DNA of 64,000 nucleotides from Psammoneis japonica. Lineage: Eukaryota. The translations under genes and the position numbers were made by a program. Below the pieces are notes generated by a model. It saw only the letters and a list, made by a program, of their open reading frames with translations, searched no databases and was not told the origin of the DNA. The DNA is taken from assembly GCA_008632985.1 (NCBI GenBank), contig QPGO01000100.1, positions 176,388 to 240,387 of the forward strand, written 5' to 3'. Shown one piece after another: positions 12,421 through 25,453 of the stretch. Every line of letters starts with the position of its first letter. The stretch's first letter is position 1.

Positions 12421-12620
12421 AGCAAGCGGGGCGACTCGTACGTGGGTTCCACGTGGGATTAGTCGGCGCGATAGAGCGCGTGAGCGGTGTCTTTCTTGGG
12501 CCGAAACATGACGGCTTCGACTTTCAACTTCGTGTTTCGTGTTGATTCAGCGTTTCATTCGAGAAGGCTAACATTACTACTTTGTGTGTGTGTTGTATCT
12601 GAAATTTGGTGAGCACAATC

Positions 12621-13983
12621 ATGGTTGTAGCAGACAATGATGCTTCAAAATCAGGCACAAAGCTCAAAATGCAGCGCCGATCGATTGGAGGTGATTTGAG
12701 CGGTTTGTGTCGCCTTTCCACAGACGCTGTGGACTTGACAACACAACTAGTCGAAGCACAACACTGTCGATTGGATTGGTTCACCAATGTATTGTTCAAG
12801 AAACCAAGACGAGACAATCATAGCAACAACAACAAGACGAGAAATCCGATTGCGGCTCTTGTTTACAATTCGATTTATGCAATCAATTCCGTGGTTGGCA
12901 CGAGTGTGGAACGGTCATTGAAATTGATGGAACCGTTCTTGGGCGAGACGGAACCATCGAAACAAAAACAAGTCGCATTGGCCATTTTGAATGGTGTCGT
13001 GGGTGATTATTTACATGAAACGAATAATCCATTGGCGATTTCTATGCAGTTCTGTAAAGCGACTTTTGCCGTGGAAAGAGAAGAAGGCGGAGGAGAAGTT
13101 GTCATCCAAGACGAGAGTCGCAGTCATCGTAACCGCTATTTTTTGTTGCTTATTCACGGATCTTGCAATGGTCCGCAGGATTGGTGGCAAAAGGGGCACA
13201 ATCATGGTATTGCTCTTGCCAAGGAACTTGGCCATTGTTACACACCACTCTTTTTGCAGTACAACACGGGACTGCACATTTCCGAAAATGGCAAACTACT
13301 TGCTCAAACCATTCATGACTTGGCGACAGAGTTTCATCCTTCTGCTCGCTTTTCCATTGTGGCGCATTCGATGGGAGGGCTTGGTTGCTCGGAGTGCTTG
13401 TCATTATGTGGCGACCAATGAACTGGAACCTTCTGTCGCATCGGCGTCATGGCTTGCTCGACTGGATCATTTAATCACGTTGGGATCACCCCATCACGGT
13501 GCCATTTTGGAGCGCGGTGGTAAATTGGTGGATGCCGTCTTGGGAGCGCATCACTTTACCGAACCACTCTCGTGGTTGACCCAGATTCGAAGCAAGGGCG
13601 TCACCGATTTGGGCCACGGCAGTGTTCAACAAGCCGACTGGAAGGATTATAACGGAATACGTGACAATCGGAAACCCACGCCGCTACCCGCCAATTTAAA
13701 GACATTTGCCATTGCGGCGGTGCTGGGTGAAGAGAAGAATGCTCCGACCACTAATGGATTGTGGGGTAATTGTATGAAGATTCGCACAGATGGATTAGTC
13801 ACGGAAGACAGTGCTTTGGGGAGAGGACAATCCAATAAGCCGGAAATGAATTTGGAATTCAACAAGAGCTTGACTGTTTACAATACCAGTCACGTGGGGC
13901 TCCTGAGCAGTCCAGAGGTATTCCAAGCCATGCTGGAGTTCCTGTCGCAAGACCGCAATAATGAGCCGCCAGTAGTACTTTGA
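12621..13983 (+). CDS. PGAP1-like alpha/beta hydrolase (lipase/esterase); one extra base near 13378
   Basis: AILNGVVGDYL...NPLAISM, LIHG, YNTGLHISENG and nucleophile elbow AHSMGG in ORF 12606-13421. LVARSA, LITLGSPHHGA, DGLV and SHVGLL in ORF 12991-13983. Confidence 0.8.
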
Positions 13984-14219
13984 TGGTAGAAAATACGGGC
14001 GACTGACTCATGAAGACTACGCAGTGATTGATCATGCCGACCGTGAAGAGACGAAAAACATTCAGGATACCAAACCGAGCCAAGCAGTGGCATAGACTTT
14101 CGATTCTCATCTTTATATAAAACTAAGTTAATGTTTTCGCTCTATCCGTTTCTCTTCATGTGCTGTTGGGTTGCAGTAGGGCTTGATTGAGCCTAGAGTA
14201 GAAATCTCTCGATACAAGC

Positions 14220-15725
14220 GTGAATGCCGGATCACTTCGACTGCTCGAGTGCCTCTCCTGTGCAACAAGACACGAGAGGAGCTGTTTGATCACGAAGTCA
14301 ACATGCCAGAGTCGCTGCAATGTTGCTCCAGAGAAATTGGATTTGGCAATGAAGTGCACCATGCCCATGAACCGCCATGAGAGCATTGGGCTCTCCCAAA
14401 CAAGCAAAGTTGGCAGTGCCAAAGACAGCAACTGCTGCAGCAACAGCAACTTGAGTGGTTTTCCACTTGGAGCTGAGCAGCAACCATGCCAACCAAGATG
14501 ACTTTCCTTTCAAAGGCAGCCCTTTTGATGATCCAACCAACATGGCATGCTGCCTCAATGGGCTTCAAACTGTTCTGAGCAGGAGACAAAATGCAAGTGA
14601 ACCCAGCTTGACACCTTTCAAACTCCTCAGATGGCAAGACAGCTGCCCAAAAGTGGAGGCAGCCCTCAGAGTGAGACAGCCACCTCAGAGTTGTCAAATG
14701 TTGGAGCAGCTGCTTTGGACTGAGATGGCCACCTCCAAGCAGCGCAGCTCCCTGGAGCAGCTTTGCCTTGAAGCAGCAGAGTCTCAGAGTGGCTGCTCCT
14801 GACCTGAGTGTCACAAAACTTCAACTCTTGATGGCTGCCTTGCTTTTTTCCTTGCAAAGCATGCATCAGAGTCTTTGTGAACAAGCTGACTTTGCTTTCT
14901 CCAGATGAGCTCAACCTCACCCATTGGGGTGGCTGGCCAAGGAGAGCTTTTTGTTGATGAGCACCACATCCGGCGGCATGCGAGGCATTGACAATGGCCA
15001 CTTTGGACATCCAAATGTGAGGGAAACCCAAGTGAGAGTCTGTCACTGCAGAATGAATTGTGGCAAGCTTGCCACTGTGACTCATGTTTTCAGCTGGGGT
15101 GTGGAAGGTCATGTCGCACACTCTGCCCACCCTCTTTGCACCAACACTCTTCTTCTTCTTGTTCTTTTGCAGCAGCCCCCGTCTGCCCCCTTGCTGCTGG
15201 TTCCTGCAGTGACTGGAGACAAGAACTGCACAACTCACAAGCCAGCCAATGAAATTCTCTTGTTGTTTGGCTTGGAGTCTTGCCAGCTTCTGAGCCTGCA
15301 ACATTGAAGCCACACAAATGTGTGATGGCCGAGGAGAGAAAACTGCACAGCAAGTTGGTGCTTGCTGTGTTCTTGTTGTCAATGTTTCCATCTGCGGCTG
15401 TGATGGGCAGGAATTTTTTAAGTGTTGTTGACCCATTTCGGGTTGCTGCAACTGATGATCCCATTGCTGCCAATCATCTGCCAAGAACAATGAGGTGAAG
15501 TGGGGACTTTGGCGGCCTCCGCCTGCAATTTTTGTCCATTCGTCCGTCCGTCCGCCTTCTCCTGCGCTGTCTGTCTGTCGCTCGGTCGCCACTTCCGTCC
15601 TGAAGAAAGATCGGAAAGATCGCGCGATCGACGAACATCAAGAACCGGATCCTGGTCATCCTGGTCCCGTGACAGCAGGTGTGTGACGCTTCGCATCTGG
15701 CTTCGCATCAACCAAATCATCGATC
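14220..15725. repeat. TpA/CpG-eroded repeat-like domain 2
   Basis: Near-absence of TA. CG is lost in the core but retained at 15500-15720. Confidence 0.55.
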
Positions 15726-15822
15726 TTTCTACTTTCTACCCTCTACTCTCGCTACTCTAGCTTGGAGGGACACCTACATTTCAACCCACTCGACAGCAAA
15801 GTCTCTTTCCTACTTCCGCAAA

Positions 15823-17070
15823 ATGCTTCTTGCTTCCACTGCTGCAATCCGTTTTGCTCGACACTCGCGTGTTTTGACTCGAAAATCGTTCGTCCAACGA
15901 CCCATTCTTGAGCACTGCTGGAAAAGCCAACGATGCCTTTCCACCATTGATTCGTCGTCCAAAGAAAAGGTTTGCATCGTTGGGAGTGGTAACTTTGGAT
16001 CCGCCATGGCTACTATTATTGGAAAAAACGCATCCCGTCTACCCTTTGTTGACGACACGGTCAACATGTTTGTTTACGAAGAAGAGGTGTTAACAAAAGA
16101 CGGAACAAAACAAAAGCTGACGGATGTTATCAATACACAACACGAAAATGTAAAGTATCTAAAGGGATATACACTTCCCGAAAATATCGTGGCGGTACCC
16201 GACGTGGCACAAGCCGTCGATGGCGCCACACTCTTGGTGTTTGTCTTGCCCCACGAGTTTTTACCCGACATTGTTCCAACGATTCGAAACGTCACATCCG
16301 ACAGGAATTGCCGCGGAGTCAGCATGATTAAGAGTTTGGATTTTGACAGCGTCACCAAAACACCGGTGCGCGTGTCGGAAACGATTCAACAATCCATGGG
16401 ACCCAACTTTGAGTGTGGTGTCATGATGGGTGCCAATGTTGCCGTGGAGGTTGCCGCCGGACAAATGTGTGAGTCGACATTGGCGTCTAGGTTTGGTTCC
16501 GGCTTGGATGAAAAGACGAGACAAATTTTGCATTTAGAAGAGAGTTTTCGTGTCCAACACATTTCCGATGTGGCGGGAGCCGAAGTGTGTGGTGCGCTCA
16601 AGAATGTCTTTGCGCTTGGATCTGGTTTTGTCGATGGCATTGGGTTGGGTGGAAACACAAAGGCGGCGCTGTTGCGGGTCGCTTTGTATGAGATGCAAAA
16701 GTTTTGTAGACTCTTTTTTGAGGGGGTCGAAGACTCGACCTTTACGGCGAGTTGCGGCGTGGCGGATTTAATCACCACATGCTATGGAGGTCGGAACCGA
16801 AAGTGTGCCGAAGCCTTTGCCAAGCAGGTTCAAACACTCAAAGGGGGCATGATGACACCCGAAGAATGCCTCAAGCAATGGGAACAAATCGAGGCGGAGC
16901 TACTCAAGGGACAAAAACTGCAAGGCACCTTTACAACCAGGGAAGTCTTTGCCGCGCTTGAAACCAAGGGCGCAATCGATAGCTTTCCACTTATACGAAC
17001 CATTCATGAACTCGCGTTCGAAGGCAAGCCGATGGAAAGCATTGTCGATGGGATTCGGCACATTCATTGA
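15823..17070 (+). CDS. GPD1: NAD-dependent glycerol-3-phosphate dehydrogenase with N-terminal presequence
   Basis: [51 protein letters not shown] and GQKLQG. First ATG at 15823. Confidence 0.95.
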   Translation: MLLASTAAIRFARHSRVLTRKSFVQRPILEHCWKSQRCLSTIDSSSKEKVCIVGSGNFGSAMATIIGKNASRLPFVDDTVNMFVYEEEVLTKDGTKQKLTDVINTQHENVKYLKGYTLPENIVAVPDVAQAVDGATLLVFVLPHEFLPDIVPTIRNVTSDRNCRGVSMIKSLDFDSVTKTPVRVSETIQQSMGPNFECGVMMGANVAVEVAAGQMCESTLASRFGSGLDEKTRQILHLEESFRVQHISDVAGAEVCGALKNVFALGSGFVDGIGLGGNTKAALLRVALYEMQKFCRLFFEGVEDSTFTASCGVADLITTCYGGRNRKCAEAFAKQVQTLKGGMMTPEECLKQWEQIEAELLKGQKLQGTFTTREVFAALETKGAIDSFPLIRTIHELAFEGKPMESIVDGIRHIH

Positions 17071-17652
17071 AACATGCGAGGATGGGTGGAGTCAAAAAAG
17101 CATTTTTTGCTGCAATAGCATTGTAGGCCTTGTGAGTCTCAAATATAAAAGACATCTGAAATTTCCTGCATTTTTCTCCGTCTCTCATGCTACTCTCCCA
17201 AGACAAAGTTTCATACCAGGACCGTAGGGCCCTATGTTTGCTTCACTTTTCACAGCGACGACGTAGCTTCATCAACGGATTATAGGTCAAGCGATACGGT
17301 AGTCCATAGCCCGTTTCCTGGTGATCACCAGTCTAGACAGCTGCAAAATGGCGACGAGAGGGTCTTGCAAGACTCGCGGCTTTCAGTAGTGCGCCAGCGG
17401 CGGGTATCAATAGCTCCGACTAGAGAGTAGACTTCAAAACGATTTTTGCCACGAGGTGGGAAATGGGCGACAGATTTACAGTGATCCCAATGGCCAGTAG
17501 CAGGTAGTGCTAATATATTAACGCAACGTCTACAGTACGTGCAATTTCGACCAATCAGAAACACTGGCTCGGGTTCTGAAGGTTTTGTCCGTGGTGTTTG
17601 CCGTCCGAAGTAGCAGCTTGCAGCACTATGACCAAGCCCTTCTTCTGGAAGA

Positions 17653-20600
17653 TCATTGGGGAGTAGAGCGCTTTTTGCAGAATGCACAACGAGGGTTGTC
17701 ACTGTAATATGCTTTTCTGATGATTTCTGCAAGCTGCTCCTCGCTCGTTATTGGTGAAACGACTTGACGACTACCTCCCTGTAGCTGTCCATCTTGTGTG
17801 AGACAACTTCGTTCTTGGAACGAGTGAACTTCTTCTCAATCAGCGATGGGTTCACTCGGATAGAGCCTACTCTGTCAAAGATGTTCTCTCGGCCGACATG
17901 ACGAAAACCCAACCGAGCTGGAGGCATGGCTGTAATAACGTCGCCATCATTTACGATTCTCTGTGTGTTTGGCATTAGTTTGTTGTAGGCCGCTTTGAAC
18001 GAGTGACATCCGACTCTCGGACTTCCATAGCTGTAGCAAGCAATCCTAAGTTTTTCCGCCTGACTGTTTCCTTCGAGCTGCTTTTTAATGGTGGGGAGTA
18101 CATACCGACACATGTCGTAGGCACAAAGGGTGGCCTGAGCCCCTCCAAGGCTATGTCCAGTTAGGAGCAAGCGTCCTGGGCTCGACAGAAGTTCATCTCG
18201 AATAATTGTGTGAAGCTGTCGCCTCACTCGATTATAACTGCTCCAAAACCCAAAGTGAATCTGACCTACGCCTTCAATCCCATCAGAGACCTTGGTTGCC
18301 GATTCTAGATAGTCCGGGACTCCGCCCTGGCCATGTTTTGGAAGAAGATCAATAAGGCGGACCTTCTGAATTTCGCCACTACGAATCTTTGCTTCAATAA
18401 CATCTGGAGAAATGTATTCAATATCGCCAGTGAGATTCTTGCCGATGCAGCATCGTTTGGTTTCAGACGCAGTTAGAAAGTATCCAAGTCGACCAATATC
18501 CTGCTCGACATGAGTCGGTCTGTACTTGCTTCTTTGTCATGGTCCACGAAAGAAACAATGAGGTCGTTTGTCTCCGTGTGTCGCAAAATGAGGACCCGAG
18601 TGTTGTGCATATCAATTCCTTCGGGCTCGGAAACATGAGCGACAACAGTGCAACCCATCTTAAGAGTACTCTCCCAACCAAGGTAGCCAGGAGCACTCCC
18701 GTCGCCGCCTGCGAACCTCATCTGGGTGTATCGGAGGATTTGGAGGTTTCGATTGGATTTGTGTTGTCCGGCATCAACGAGGAGTCCCCTGTGGTACGGA
18801 AATCTGCGCATTCCTGGTCCATCGTCATCGGGAAGTGATCCTTCTGATTCAGTTTGCAAACCACAACGTCCTGCTTCGATACTCGAATTTTCCCCCTTAT
18901 CTTCCTCTTTTTTCCCCAAACTTCCTTTAACAATTTTCACGGCTTTTTCAACACTCGTCACGGCTATAGACTTGGTCTCGGAGCCATTCGCCGGTGCCGG
19001 TTCAGGAATCTGACAATCTGATTCAAACGGAAGGTAAACTTCTTTGGAACAAACCATGAGAAGACGTGCCAATTCTAGAACCATGAGATTTCTTTTTGAG
19101 CCTTGTGTTGCATCGCGATCCTGCTCTTTTTCCGAAACATAGTGAGTCTTTGCCTTTACGATAGACCCACCAAGGCATTCCGGCGGGAGGAACATTCGTT
19201 GAAAGATGACAAAGAACACCAGCCCGAACATCTCGTGGTAGATGCTCGTATACTCACCGTCCAAAAAATGCATCCGGTCAAGTGCAACAACGTAGCTACT
19301 GAGACTATCCATGTGGTCAAAATACTTATCTTCATCGCCGAGGGCGCCAAACATTGAAACCAACATCAAAATGAAAGTTATAAGAATCCAAAGACTAGTT
19401 GCGAAGAAAAAGAACCGCGAGGACAGCTGCATAGGACGAGATAACGCGTACGGAAGAGAGTTGAGCACCCTGCGACTCCGGTTATTGGCCCAAGCATAGT
19501 AGCAAAAACCAAACACCATCAAGAACATCAGAACAGTCATTAAAATCGAGTAGTTTCTCTGCTCTCGATGATGCCAATTCTCTGCAGACGTAACATAACC
19601 CCGACCACCGAGCGAGATGGATGTACCCGGTTCGTCCCACCCCGACACTCGTGCAAAGCGACTACCTTGAGCCAAGCCAAATGTGATGAAGAAAATTATG
19701 CAAAATGCGGCTTTCAATCCGTAGAAGCTCCATCTCGAGCTTACGTATCTCCGTGGCGCGTCCGAAAAGCATGCTCCGTAGAAGAGAGATAAGAGTAGTT
19801 AGCAAGAATAATATGCTGTAATTCCGCCTCTTTCACACACATCATACAGTACATGCTTACCAAGAATGAACATGTTCATTGAGGTTCCGAAACCACCAAA
19901 GATCAGAGAGGCACACCACCATTCTTCGTTGAAAGAGAATTCATCGTTTGCGACCATACTTAGTTGAAGTACAACCGAGATGGGGTTCACGCTGATGATA
20001 AAACCAACTGAGGAAATGAGAAGCCATTTGTTCTCTCTTACCCAATTAGAAACGCTGCCGCAGCTCTTTTGTAGTGTATAAATCCACCACGCAACAAAGA
20101 AAACATATATTGTCAGCACAACTGTGTCTACAATAGCAACGACAAGGGGGCGTGCCTCATCTCCTGATACGACAAATCTCGCTAGGACATCCACGCCCGC
20201 TTCATTCGCCATCAGCGCTTCAGAAACTGCTCCTCCAGGATCTCCCAAAACGGAGAATCTCCAACCTATTGAATCGACAGCCTCTTCACCTGAGAATAAC
20301 AAGAAGCACATACAGTTAGTATCCGAGGCAGTTGCCGAAGAGCAAGTCTCCCAATCTGAGAACTGGAGGAGACCAAGTCTATAGCGAAAGATGCCGCGGC
20401 TGGCGCTTACCTAGGAAATGGGCGTAGAGAGTTACTGTGGCACAAGAGGAGTAAAAGAAATAGATAAGATCAAGCTCGATAGCAATCATGCATATGATCG
20501 AGAAAGCATGGAAAACTTACTTCGAGCTTTGTACAAATTCCCGCGGACGTTCCGCACAGGATAGTGGCTGATTTCATCGTCTAACGCCATCAATCTCCAT

Positions 20601-21580
20601 TGACCAATATCATCGCAGTTCGCTCCACGGAGACATGCATATCCTTCTAATCGAACAGGAAATGGCTCGTCGATCATGCTTTCCGGCCAGTCCGTTCTGT
20701 CGACGCGCTCAAACTCGAAATCGAGGTAAACAACTCGGAACACCCCTCCACTCCCTCCGCGGTAGCCAACCCAAATCGTTGCGACTAAATCATCCCAGTG
20801 CGGATGCAGCTGTGGGTTAGCATGATAGTCCAGGATGGATTTGTCGGTCATAATGAAGGGTGAAGTGTATACTTGATGAGCTAAAAAACTATGGGTGCCA
20901 GGTTTCGCCCCGGTGCCCTCCCAGTCGGAAATATTAATACCTTTTGAAACAACTCCAGTGTTCGCCAGCAATTTAGCTTCATTTGTTGTAACGGCTTCAT
21001 ACGGATCACAAGTAGTTCCATCCGGACGAGGTAAGCAGAGAGGACCGTTCGTGGCATTTGCAGGAAGAATCGCTATCGGAGTATTTCTCGCGGTATTCGC
21101 AATTTCTGAGTTGAGAAGCTCAAGGATCGTTGTGAGGAAGAACATAAAATAAATGAGAAGTATGGCAATGCGGATTCTCTGATTTGACGCAACCTCGAGG
21201 TAAAAGATGTTTCGGGTGAGGAGGTGCGACCCTATGGCTTGGTTCGATGACGCTGGGTTGCTTTCGTCTGGCATAGAATTCTCTTCTTCAGCTTCGCCGA
21301 CATTATCGACCAAAGCTTCTTCGGCGTCCATAGCAAGAACATGACCATCGTCTCGTTCATCATCACCCGCTTCCTCGAAGTCAGCCATGGCACCAATGTC
21401 AATTACTTCATCCTCGGGTGACGCAAAAATTGAAGATCGACGATTTCCTCTGCGGTATTCAGCTATCTTTTGCCTGCGCGCTGAGGACAATTTCTGAGTT
21501 AAAGTGCCTCGCAAAGATTGGTTTCGACGCACATCACCCCGCTCCACTGCACTATTTGAATCATCCGCAGCGGTCGCCAT
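17653..21580 (-). CDS. Multi-pass membrane protein with C-terminal class-3 lipase domain, paralog A (several introns and indels)
   Basis: ORFs 20486-21586, 19799-20311, 18473-19717 and 17748-18227 are collinear with paralog B. Lipase motifs TGHSLGGAQATL, YSYGSPRVG, RIVNDGDVIT and HKMDSY. Confidence 0.75.
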
Positions 21581-22603
21581 TTTCACTCGCTACTACATAG
21601 AGTTCAAGGATGAGAAAAAAAGAGAAGTTGAGAAGTTTGAGAAGCACGGGCGCTTGAGCACGCACAACTCACAACGCGAAATTCAACTTCAAAGCCGAAG
21701 GGGGGGAGAAAAATGAATCCCCGGCTATAGTGACGTCATCTTGAGGCATGTCACCATCTAGCGATAGGAAGATTGAGCGCAATGGTCGGGGACATGATCG
21801 GGGAGGCCCTCTTTCGTGTGCCCTTTGTGTTCAGGACATGTCGAAAGTCGAAAGTGACGGACTCGCGCACACATTCCGTGCGATCTCCGTGGATTCTCGT
21901 TTCCTGTGCGATGTTTTTTGTTTTCAGCCCAGCTCAACTCAACCCCAAAATCGGCTGCCTGCCCACGACGACGAGCAGTTGACAGTGCCTGGTGCGCCAC
22001 TCAGCCCCCACAACCATGGACAGGGTCGGGCAGTGTGCACAACACAAATCGTGCGCAGCTGTGTGGGTGGAGATGCAGCAACAAGCTGGCACTCCTTGCA
22101 AGAGCATCAGCAAGCATGTTGAGTGAAGCAACAGAGCTGTTTTTGCCACTGGCACTGCTTCTGGCCGATGTTGTTTACAGCCCTGATGATCTTCTTCCAC
22201 CAAGACTGCCCCTCCACCAGCCTGGCGAACAACAGTCTGGCATGATGGCGGTGTGAGGTGGGTCAGCTGCAAAACACTCCATGCTTTGCATTTCTTTAAT
22301 GTGCCCACCCAAAGTGCCATGAGCTTGCAGAAGGTTTTCAGCTGATTTGTCAGTGTGCATGGTGATGCCACATGTCCAACGCAACTCTCTGCGGATGGGC
22401 TCTGTCAAACCTGACACCCCAACGCAGCTCAGCTCTCTGATGATCCAAGAGCTTGCATTGCTCTCGTTTCACAAGTGTGCACTCTAACAGAAAGCCATGG
22501 GCAAGCAAGTGCTCTCTAGCCATTTGATCATGTGCCATGAAGGCTTCTTCAACTTGGCTGCACTCTGACCTTGGAAGCACCAAAGAAGTCTCCACATGCC
22601 ATG

Positions 22604-22772
22604 TGACAGACAACCGAGATGGGGAGTGCACTCCCTTGTGTCGGACAGACCAGCACAGACAGCATGGAGAGATCCGATGATCTCTCCTTTGCTCACTTTC
22701 TTTTTCATCTAGCACATGATTGTCAACTGTCCCAGACATCCGTCAGATTGTCCCGATGCCGCTAGTCCACAA
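22604..22772 (+). repeat. 5' LTR
   Basis: TGACAGACAACC...GTCCACAA, with 10 mismatches to the 3' copy by manual alignment. Confidence 0.9.
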
Positions 22773-25284
22773 GGTCATGAGCAGCAGCACGCTGTTCCTC
22801 TTCCTCTGTGCTCCTCCATTGCAGCGCCCACTGTGTGGTTTGGCGACTTTTTCTTCATTGAAATCATCATCATTGTCACAGCCATTTTTTCACCTCTCAA
22901 TTTGTGATCAAACGACCACCGTAGAACACATGCCAGAGCTCTGCACAGAAATTTGATTTTTTCCCACGCAACCATGGTGAACAAAACTCCAAACGCCGTC
23001 GATTTGACCATGATCAAGTCAACGCGGGTTGAATTCAGCCCACACAATTGCTTGCCCGATGCTCACACTTTCCTGAACACCCTTCATTTGGATGCGATCC
23101 CTGCTCCTGAAGATCTTTTGGATGGATTTGCCCCTCAAGGCCCAAAGAACGATGCTGTTGCCATTCTCCGTCACAAGATCGTTCAGAACCTCATCATCCC
23201 TCAAGCTGCACTGACTGCAGATCTTGCACGAATCGGGCCGATCTTTGACAAGGCTCCTCTCTTTGTGGCTGCTCCTCAAGGTTCTCCGGTTTGTCTGAAC
23301 CTCAGCACTCTTCAGAAGGCTGTGATCAAAGCGATCTCGGAAGGTCATGACACCATGACGACACATGCAGGGACTGTTCGTCTCCATTTTCATCCTGGTT
23401 TTCAATCTTGTGATTGTTGGGATGACATGTCTGATGCTCCTTTCCCAGATTCCTCTTCTGCTCCAAGTTCTTCACCTCAGCTGGCTGCCACTTCAGGTGC
23501 CACTCCTGAAGACCTTGCCAAGGCCTCAGCTGCTCATTCACCTGGTCCAAAACAGTTTGAGCAAGCCATGACTAACGCACTGAAGAGTGTTTGTCCTCCT
23601 GCTGAAGATTCAAACATGACTCTGCCTCTGACTGGTGTTCCACACAATGCCCATCCCAAAGGACTTCTTGAGGATGTGCCAGCTTGTGGCCAACAGGATG
23701 CTTCCCCTTCCAGCGACACTCACGGATGCGGGAAAGCTGTTGTGCTTCCCACTGCATCTGTGACCTGTCCTTCGCATTCTCATGGATTTAAGGCATCCAA
23801 GCTGGGCCCAGTTGCTGGGTCTGCTGCATGTGACACTGATGCTGCTGTTGCATCTCATGTTGCAGGCGCACTCGCCATGGACACTTGGATGGATCCTGTG
23901 GATGCTAATTCCTTGACTGTCAAGTCTGCTGTGTCTGTTGTGGAATCCATTGGCAAGCCATCTACAGTTGTTGACACTGGATCCCTTGAACTTCCTGCCG
24001 AATCGACGGCACTTCCTGCCGACGTCCGCTCCTGCCTGCCCAAGACCCCGAAGTTTTTTGTTTCTGGCTGTTCTGCTGTTCCACACAAAGATGGTCACAT
24101 TCACCTCAAGGATGGACTGCCCTCTCTTACCAAGGTTACACCCAAGCTGCTTGCCACCCACATGCCGCTGTCATCTGATGCTTGCGGATGCTGCCAGCAC
24201 TCTGTTGGTTGTCAAGTTGATTCGCACTCGGATTTTTGGTTCGGCCGTTGTCAATTTTGGATGTGCGATGCTGCCATTCCTTCCATCATCCAAACAAGAC
24301 CAATGGAAGCAGGGCAGTTATGAAAGAGGGTCACGGCGTCTTACTGCCTTCTGCCACTCCGTCTCTTTCCTCCGTTGTCAGGATCGTTGTCGTGTCTAAA
24401 AGTGCTTTTCATGGCACTCTGGACCTGTCCACCATCACTGATGATGATCCTTCATTTTCTGATCAAGGGAGGGAGCAACATTGTGCAGAGGAAGTGTGTA
24501 AGTTTGACAATCACACCAACTCTTCCAGCACATCACCTCTTTCCTTCGCTGTCAAGACCGTTGTTGTGTCGAACAGCATTTTTCCTGGTGCTCCCAACCC
24601 ATCGACCATCCCCGATGATGACCCCACATTTGTTGATCAGGGGAGGGATTCCTGTGATGCAGAGGAAACATGTCAGGCTGTTGAGAATTCTGCTTTCCAC
24701 CAAGATGCCTTGCTTGACGACCACGTTTTGAATGCCGTGCGATGCTCACCTGCGATGCGTCACTGTTCTTCCGACGTTGAGCGACTTCATGATGTGCTTT
24801 GTTTCTCCAACATGTTTTTCAAGGGCGACACAAAGTGTGGCAGAAGCATTGGTTTGCCAGGTGGGATGCCATTGCTTCATTTTCAATGTGTCACTCGCCA
24901 TGGTGGATTTCCAATTTTTGGCCCCATCTCTTCCGATGATTTTTGGCGACAGGATGACTCACCAGAATGTCTCTTTGCGGTCGATTGTTTGTGGATTGAC
25001 GAAATTGTTCTTTGGTGCACGACTCAATTTATCCAAAAGATTTGTTGGGAACTGCCTTTGACATTTTTTGTCGAAGACCGATGCGTTGATCGCGGGATGG
25101 ATGTTTCATTCCCAACATGCTCCTCGCTTGATGGGATGTTGTCGTTGATTGTTGTCGTGTTTGTGGACCAAGTCTTGGCCATTTCTTTTGGTGCTCTTCT
25201 TTGTTCTGCTATTCTGGTCCTCTCTTTTTATTCGGATCGTCTCTTTCTTTCTTGTTGAGCATTGCATTGCTCATCAGGGGAGGG

Positions 25285-25453
25285 TGACAGACAACCGAGA
25301 TGGGGAGTGCACTCCCTTGTGTCGGACAGACTGGCACAGACAGCATGGAGAGATCCGATGATCTCTCCTTTGCTCACTTTCTTTCTCATCTAGCACACGA
25401 TTGTCATCTGTCCTGGACATCCATTAGATTGTCCCGATGCCGCTGGTCCACAA
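25285..25453 (+). repeat. 3' LTR
   Basis: Direct copy of 22604-22772, preceded by a PPT and followed by the TSD. Confidence 0.9.

Larger units (their letters stand above)
22604..25453 (+). mobile_element. Non-autonomous LTR retroelement (2.85 kb, copia-like PBS, no recognisable pol)
   Basis: 169-bp direct repeats at 22604-22772 and 25285-25453. 5-bp TSD CCATG at 22599-22603 and 25454-25458. PBS-like GGTCATGAGC after the 5' LTR. Polypurine tract AGGGGAGGG abutting the 3' LTR. Confidence 0.85.
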
